Shown: piece by piece, positions 27,080 to 32,000 of the stretch
How the letters are laid out: each line of letters begins with the position of its first letter
Numbering within the stretch: position 1 is the stretch's first letter
Assembly (NCBI RefSeq): GCF_000008625.1
Contig: NC_000918.1
Location: 1,380,001-1,412,000, forward strand
Direction: 5' to 3'
From: Aquifex aeolicus VF5
GTDB lineage: Bacteria; Aquificota; Aquificia; Aquificales; Aquificaceae
DNA length: 32,000 nucleotides
Position numbers and translations under genes: made by a program
The notes under the pieces: generated by a model
The model's input: the letters and a program-made list of their open reading frames with translations, nothing else
The model's database searches: none
Told to the model about the DNA's origin: nothing

Positions 27080-27445
27080 ATGAGGGTTCAAAGAGAAAAT
27101 GGTTCTTTTGACTGGGAATTTCTCAAAGAGATTCAACAAAACATCTTACAAAACAATTCAAAAAACCTTGAAAGCTTCAGGAAGGAAATAAAGGAAAATT
27201 CTAAAAAAATTCAAAAAGTCAGCAACGAAGAACTCCAGAAAATCATAGAAGAGATAAAGAGAAAACTTGATTACCTGAACAAATACTTAAAGATAGAAAT
27301 AGACAAAGATCTTGAAATTCCCGTTGTTAAGATAATTGAAAAGGATACAAATAAAGTAATCAGGCAAATTCCTCCCGATTACCTTTTAGAACTAATGAAG
27401 AGGATAGACGAGATGTTAGGTATTTTAATAAACGAGAGGGTATAA
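27080..27445 (+). CDS. flaG: FlaG family protein
   Basis: 121 aa. YLKIEIDKDLEIPVVKIIEKDTNKVIRQIPPDYLLELMKRIDEMLGILINERV matches the FlaG C-terminal pattern; sits between fliC and fliD. Confidence 0.88.
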   Translation: MRVQRENGSFDWEFLKEIQQNILQNNSKNLESFRKEIKENSKKIQKVSNEELQKIIEEIKRKLDYLNKYLKIEIDKDLEIPVVKIIEKDTNKVIRQIPPDYLLELMKRIDEMLGILINERV

Positions 27446-27447
27446 AT

Positions 27448-28773
27448 ATGGCCGGAGAGCTTTACTTTTCGGGAGTAACCGGCGCTTACGACTGGGGCAG
27501 TGTTCTTGATAACATAATGGCTGTAAAAAGTATTCCAATTCAAAAACTGCAACAGAAAAAGCAATTAATAAACCAAAAACTCCAGATACTCGGTGAATTT
27601 TCTCAAAAACTGAGCGATTTAAAAAACTTAATTGAAAATTTTAATCTTGAAAGTGCTTTAAAGACTAAAAAGGCTGACGTTTCTGATTCAGATGTAATTT
27701 CAGTTTCCGTGTCGGAAAATGCGCCCGAAATTTCCTTCAGCGTTAACGTTTTGAACACCGCGAGTAAAGAAATACTCGTTTACGATGCAGGTTTTAATTC
27801 CTTGGACGAAACTATAGGGAGTGACGGAAGTTTTACACTGAGGTACTACACGAGTCCCACCGATTACGTGGAGTACACGATAGATTACTCTTTGATTGAT
27901 ACCTTAAAGGACATCGTAAATAAGATAAACGAAACTCAGGACTACGTTAAGGCTTCCATTTATTACGACGGAAACAAGTACAAGTTAATGCTTGCGGAGA
28001 CCTCAGAAGAAAACTCTACCGTGGAAACAGCTCCTGACCTTTCAACAAAAGCCATACACCTCCTCGGAACACTGCCTCACCAGTTCGGAAATAACGTTCT
28101 TATTCAACAAGCTAAGAACGCAAGGATACAGATAGGAAGCGGGGACGTTATAGAGAGTGCGGGAAATACCTTTGAAAACGTTATAGAAGGAGTGAGCATA
28201 AGCGCAAAGAGAGCAGGTACTTCCGAGGTAAGTATTTCTCAGGATTTCAGTAAGATAAGGGAATTTTTAAATAATTTCGTGAAGTCTTACAACGAAGTCG
28301 TTTCTCAAGTAAAGAGTTTAACCCTCGGAGAAAATGCACCTTTTAGGGGTGAAAACACGATAATGAACGTAAAGTACGGGCTTTCCGATACGCTCACACC
28401 GCTCATGGAACTCGGTTTAATAGAGTACAAGGAAGACGGAACCATATCCCTGAGCGGGAATCTGGAAAGTGTTATTAACGAAAAGCCTGATGAATTTAAG
28501 TTAAAAATGACTCAATTCTTGGAGAGTGCAAAAGCTGTAGCTAAGGTAAATTACGAGGCTTTTGAAGACTTCAAGGAATACTTGAACGACCAGGCGGAAA
28601 GGATAGACGAAAATATCAGACTCCTTAGCCAGAGGCTGGTTCAGGAGGAACAAATACTTAAAAGGCAATTTGCACAGCTGGAAGACTTTATGAATTACGC
28701 AAATCAAATAAGGGAGAGGTTAAAGCAGTTTATGGTATCTATCTCTGAAATGAACGGAGGTAATAACAAATGA
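27448..28773 (+). CDS. fliD: Flagellar hook-associated protein 2 (filament cap)
   Basis: 441 aa. FSGVTGAYDWGSVLDNIMAVKSIPIQKLQQKKQLINQKLQILGEFSQKLSDL and C-terminal LSQRLVQEEQILKRQFAQLEDFMNYANQIRERLKQFM. Confidence 0.93.
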   Translation: MAGELYFSGVTGAYDWGSVLDNIMAVKSIPIQKLQQKKQLINQKLQILGEFSQKLSDLKNLIENFNLESALKTKKADVSDSDVISVSVSENAPEISFSVNVLNTASKEILVYDAGFNSLDETIGSDGSFTLRYYTSPTDYVEYTIDYSLIDTLKDIVNKINETQDYVKASIYYDGNKYKLMLAETSEENSTVETAPDLSTKAIHLLGTLPHQFGNNVLIQQAKNARIQIGSGDVIESAGNTFENVIEGVSISAKRAGTSEVSISQDFSKIREFLNNFVKSYNEVVSQVKSLTLGENAPFRGENTIMNVKYGLSDTLTPLMELGLIEYKEDGTISLSGNLESVINEKPDEFKLKMTQFLESAKAVAKVNYEAFEDFKEYLNDQAERIDENIRLLSQRLVQEEQILKRQFAQLEDFMNYANQIRERLKQFMVSISEMNGGNNK

Positions 28774-29144
28774 GAAACATTGCAGAGGCTTACTTTCAAA
28801 ATATGGTAGAAACCGCCACACCTCTTGAGCAGATAATACTCCTCTACGATAAAGCGATAGAATGCTTAGAAAGGGCTATAGAGATATACGATCAAGTAAA
28901 TGAACTTGAAAAGAGAAAGGAATTTGTGGAAAACATAGACAGAGTTTACGACATCATCAGTGCATTAAAGTCCTTTTTAGATCACGAAAAAGGAAAAGAA
29001 ATAGCTAAAAATCTGGACACGATTTACACTATAATCCTGAATACTCTCGTTAAAGTGGATAAAACCAAGGAAGAACTCCAGAAAATTCTGGAAATTTTAA
29101 AAGATTTAAGGGAAGCATGGGAGGAAGTGAAGAAGAAGGTTTAA
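28770..29144 (+). CDS. fliS: Flagellar export chaperone FliS
   Basis: 124 aa. AYFQNMVETATPLEQIILLYDKAIECLERAIE; 4-nt overlap with fliD. Confidence 0.94.
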   Translation: MRNIAEAYFQNMVETATPLEQIILLYDKAIECLERAIEIYDQVNELEKRKEFVENIDRVYDIISALKSFLDHEKGKEIAKNLDTIYTIILNTLVKVDKTKEELQKILEILKDLREAWEEVKKKV

Positions 29145-29455
29145 ACCTCTATGTGGTTGTAGGCGTAGTAAAAGTCTTCGTTAAGAGCGTGGGAGAATTT
29201 TATTCCCTGCTCTTTTACCCTCCCGTTGAATTTCTCCTTTACCGCCTTTAGAAATTCCATCAAGATTTTGTCTCCAGCTCTTGCAGAGTATACCGTTGTG
29301 GCTACCTTGTCCTCGTCTATCTGGACGGTAGAGCCGAGGAGGTAATTCCCGCAGAAGAAGAGGTATTTGTTTAGTTCTTTTTTCACTTCAAGTTTTTTGC
29401 AGTAAGGCTTTAAGTACTCTTCCGTGAACTTTGCAACCTCTTCAAGTGCTTCCAT
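29141..29455 (-). CDS. Conserved hypothetical protein
   Basis: 104 aa ORF overlapping the 3' end of the ygfZ C-terminal ORF by 14 nt, same strand. Confidence 0.65.
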   Translation of the reverse strand: MEALEEVAKFTEEYLKPYCKKLEVKKELNKYLFFCGNYLLGSTVQIDEDKVATTVYSARAGDKILMEFLKAVKEKFNGRVKEQGIKFSHALNEDFYYAYNHIEV

Positions 29456-29903
29456 CTTCGCACACTCCTTTGGCCTTTACCTTTCCGCTCTCGGTTTGAT
29501 ATTCCTTACCTTTTTCAAATTTAGCTCTGAGTATGTAGCCTAGTGCCATTTTTCCGCTCGGAGAGACGGAAGTTATCAATCCTATAGCCTTATTTCCTTC
29601 CAGAATTTTCTCTTCCTCCTTGACCTGTTCAATCACTTCAAACTTTGTCAATACCCTGGGCGTTCTTCCTCTGAAGTAAACCCTCGCTATCGCCTCCTGA
29701 CCCACGTAGCACCCTTTATTCAAACTAATGGCGTAAGGAAGTACTCCCGCTTCAAGAGGTGAGAAACCTTCCCTGAGCTCCTTGTGTATCCTCGGAACGC
29801 AGTTCTTAATCCTTTCCTCTTCAAAATCCTCCACAGAAGCCTCTTTATCCTGAGGAAGTTCTTTAAGGATATCTTCTATCTTTCCGAAGAGGTCAAAGCC
29901 CAC
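29442..29903 (-). CDS. ygfZ: YgfZ/GcvT-like folate-binding protein, C-terminal half (GTG start)
   Basis: LPYAISLNKGCYVGQEAIARVYFRGRTPR is the YgfZ signature (KGCYxGQE). Confidence 0.85.
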   Translation of the reverse strand: MGFDLFGKIEDILKELPQDKEASVEDFEEERIKNCVPRIHKELREGFSPLEAGVLPYAISLNKGCYVGQEAIARVYFRGRTPRVLTKFEVIEQVKEEEKILEGNKAIGLITSVSPSGKMALGYILRAKFEKGKEYQTESGKVKAKGVCEDGST

Positions 29904-29914
29904 GGTCTTTAACC

Positions 29915-30364
29915 TTACAGGATTTTTCGCAAGGTAAGCTCTTCCTTTAACTCTTTTATCTCGTAATCGCTGAGTTCCACTCCGAATTTTTCCTTTACAA
30001 ACTCTTCTGCACCCTCACCGTATATGAAAACGTGTTTGTAGTTCGGAGTTAAGTCCTCAAAGTAGACTTTCAGTGAAAGTTTTAACCTGTTGAACTCGTT
30101 TATTACGAAATCTGCAGGCTCTTCCGTGTCGAGTATATAGTAATCCTTTATTTTGTATACGAAGAAGTCCGCTATGGGCTGACCATTTTGCTTGAGCCAC
30201 AGGTTGTAGTTAAAAGTGTAGGGCTTTAAAGACTTTATATCATTTGTAAGGAGTCCATGAAGGAAGTGTGTGTGCTCCTCCGGAGCGGTAAGTCCCTTCA
30301 TCAACATCTTTACAGGCTTTCCGTAAACCTTTATCTTACTTCTCTTTAAATCTATCCACTTCAT
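29915..30364 (-). CDS. ygfZ: YgfZ/GcvT-like folate-binding protein, N-terminal half
   Basis: HFLHGLLTNDIKSLKPYTFNYNLWLKQNGQPIADFFVYKIKDYYILDTE is the GcvT/YgfZ N-terminal pattern; terminates early at TAA 29915-29917. Confidence 0.83.
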   Translation of the reverse strand: MKWIDLKRSKIKVYGKPVKMLMKGLTAPEEHTHFLHGLLTNDIKSLKPYTFNYNLWLKQNGQPIADFFVYKIKDYYILDTEEPADFVINEFNRLKLSLKVYFEDLTPNYKHVFIYGEGAEEFVKEKFGVELSDYEIKELKEELTLRKIL

Positions 30365-30475
30365 ACTAATAAAATTCTATTGTTTAAAAGTATTATTTCA
30401 CTTTATGCTCAGAATAAAGAATTCTAAGAGAAAAATCTAAAGGAAGATTTAAGTTTTTCCATAGGGAGGGCTATC

Positions 30476-30985
30476 ATGAAGAAATTGGTTTTACTCTTTA
30501 TGTTTTTCAGTTTCCTTTTTGCGGAAGAACATGCAAAGTTCGTACAGACGCCTTACGAGGCTCCATTCAAGGTTGTTGTAGAATTTTACTTTGACGAGCC
30601 TGAAAAGATAAGACCTGCACTTCTCTGGGTTTCAAACATCATATACGTGCTCTCTAACGAACCTTACAACTTCGTACCCGGTGAGGATATAGACATAGTC
30701 GTGATAATCCACGGGACGGAGATAACAACTCTCGTTAAGAAAAACAGGGAAAAGTACAAAGACATATGGGAGAGAATTGAGGGAATGAGCATGTACGGGG
30801 TTAAGTTTAAGGTTTGTGCTATGGCGGCGGAACAGCTATACGGATACTCTAAAGAAGATTTTCCGCCTTTTGTTGACCTTGTTCCTTCAGCTATAACGGA
30901 ACTCCTCCACTGGCAACAAAAGGGATACGCACTCCTTATACCACAAATATATGAAATGAAAAGGACAAGAGAGGAAATAAGGTGA
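30476..30985 (+). CDS. Secreted DsrE/DsrF-like protein
   Basis: 169 aa. Signal peptide MKKLVLLFMFFSFLFAEE, then VSNIIYVLSNE...DIDIVVIIHGTEITTLV...GVKFKVCAMAAEQLYG...LVPSAITELLHWQQKGYALL. Confidence 0.78.
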   Translation: MKKLVLLFMFFSFLFAEEHAKFVQTPYEAPFKVVVEFYFDEPEKIRPALLWVSNIIYVLSNEPYNFVPGEDIDIVVIIHGTEITTLVKKNREKYKDIWERIEGMSMYGVKFKVCAMAAEQLYGYSKEDFPPFVDLVPSAITELLHWQQKGYALLIPQIYEMKRTREEIR

Positions 30986-31810
30986 TTATTCGTACTCCGT
31001 TGAATCCTTGTCCAGCTCTGCGTACTTTTCGCTCATCTCAACAGCTTGTTCAAACAGCTGTCTTTCTCTTTCCGTAATTTCGACCGGTCTTCTTTCCTTT
31101 GTGGGTACAACTTCTTCTGCGCTTTCCCTTCTTTGTTTACCTTCAAGAACCGCATCCGCAATTTTAGAAGTGAGGAGTTTTATGGATTTGATAGCGTCGT
31201 CGTTTCCGGGAATTGTGTAATCAATAACTGTTGGGTCGCAGTTTGAGTCCGCTATGGCAACTATGGGAATTCCTAGTTTTCTCGCTTCGCTAACCGCTAT
31301 CTTCTCCCTCACCGTGTCTACTATCCAGATAACGTCGGGGAGCTTCTTCATATCCCTTATACCGTTGTAGAGTTTTCTCAGTTTTTCCATTTTCCTTCTC
31401 AAGTTTCTCACTTCCTTTTTGGGGAGGACGTCAAATATTCCGTCTTCTTCCATCCTTTCGAGTGTTTGGAGCTTCATAATGCTCTTTCTGACCGTCTGGA
31501 AGTTTGTGAGGAGTCCACCTACCCATCTTTCGTTAACGTAGAAAGCTCCGCACCTTTCCGCCTCTTCCTTAATAATGTCCTTTGCCTGTTTCTTCGTTCC
31601 GACAAAGAGTATCTCACCGCCCTGAGCAATAACGTCCGAAACGAAGTGATAAGCGTCTTCAAGCATTACTATGGTTTTGTTCAGGTCAATTATGTGTATC
31701 CCGTGTCTGACTCCGTAGATGTAGGGAGCCATTTTGGGGTTCCATCTGGACTTTGAGTGTCCGAAGTGAACACCCGCCTCTAAAAGTTCCTTCATGGAAA
31801 CTACCGGCAT
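30986..31810 (-). CDS. rpsB: 30S ribosomal protein S2
   Basis: 274 aa. [93 protein letters not shown]. Confidence 0.98.
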
Positions 31811-31822
31811 ACTTCACACCTC

Positions 31823-31883
31823 CTTGGGTTTTGCCACCCTTCCCCATCACCCCGAAGCTGGGGCAACCCAAGCGGGGAAGGTG
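31823..31883 (-). promoter_or_regulatory. Putative structured rpsB leader RNA with pseudoknot potential
   Basis: Minus strand RNA CACCUUCCCC...GGGGAAGGGUG and CUUGGGUUGCC...GGCAAAACCCAAG interleave, with a nested CCCC-AGCUUC-GGGG hairpin. The last helix ends beside the GGAGGU ribosome-binding site. Confidence 0.6.
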
Positions 31884-31901
31884 CGGTTTAAAGAAATAAT
31901 T

Positions 31902-32000
31902 TTAATCCTTCTTCTCACCGTTTTCACCCTTTTTCTTTTCAAGTTCCCTTTTTTCCTCTATTACACTCCTGTCAAACCTGTAAATCCTTCCGCAGAAATT
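31902..32000 (-). CDS. C-terminal fragment of a CDS running off the right edge
   Basis: Open frame on the minus strand from the window edge to TAA (31902-31904): ...NFCGRIYRFDRSVIEEKRELEKKKGENGEKKD*. Product unknown. Confidence 0.5.
   Translation of the reverse strand, partial: NFCGRIYRFDRSVIEEKRELEKKKGENGEKKD

Noticed and set aside
30433-30450. AAATCT-AAAGGA-AGATTT inverted repeat upstream of the DsrE-like gene
   Set aside because: Only 6 bp of mostly A-T pairing, unlikely to be stable at hyperthermophilic temperatures; could be a weak operator but not supported.
31686-31871. 61 aa minus-strand ORF covering the rpsB leader and start
   Set aside because: Considered as a leader peptide, but it overlaps rpsB out of frame for over 120 nt, and RNA structure explains the leader better.
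1-32000. CRISPR array, tRNA/rRNA, transposon, prophage or defence island
   Set aside because: No regularly spaced direct repeats, cloverleaf-like tails, transposase, integrase, or recognised defence effector motifs seen; nearly all sequence is accounted for by housekeeping genes.

Overview
This 32 kb window is gene-dense and looks like chromosomal core DNA from a hyperthermophilic Aquificales bacterium. Protein content and layout match what I recall of Aquifex aeolicus; the organism assignment is inference. I see no CRISPR array, prophage, transposon, rRNA or tRNA. Main loci: purH, rseP, a YjbQ-family gene, a short polA without the 5'-3' nuclease domain, hisIE, an aminotransferase, a GspE/PilB ATPase, panB, a methionine-salvage cluster (mtnD-mtnC-cupin-mtnB), standalone mnmC2, tonB, a suhB-like gene, coaE, an ExbB/ExbD/TPR cluster, a histidine-phosphatase that resembles the metal-independent phosphoserine phosphatases, htpX, era, a cinA C-terminal gene, a dienelactone hydrolase, a fliC-flaG-fliD-fliS cluster, a ygfZ gene split in two, a secreted DsrE-like gene and rpsB. 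The observations most worth checking are: (1) a GH114 lipoprotein gene whose C-terminus continues in another frame, in frame with an HtpX protease that seems to have lost its first transmembrane helix; (2) YgfZ split by an apparent one-nucleotide shift at an A5 run; (3) a pseudoknot-capable leader in front of rpsB; (4) an intercistronic hairpin that masks the flaG ribosome-binding site; (5) all six convergent gene pairs overlap or abut. I found no convincing new multi-gene defence or mobile system.
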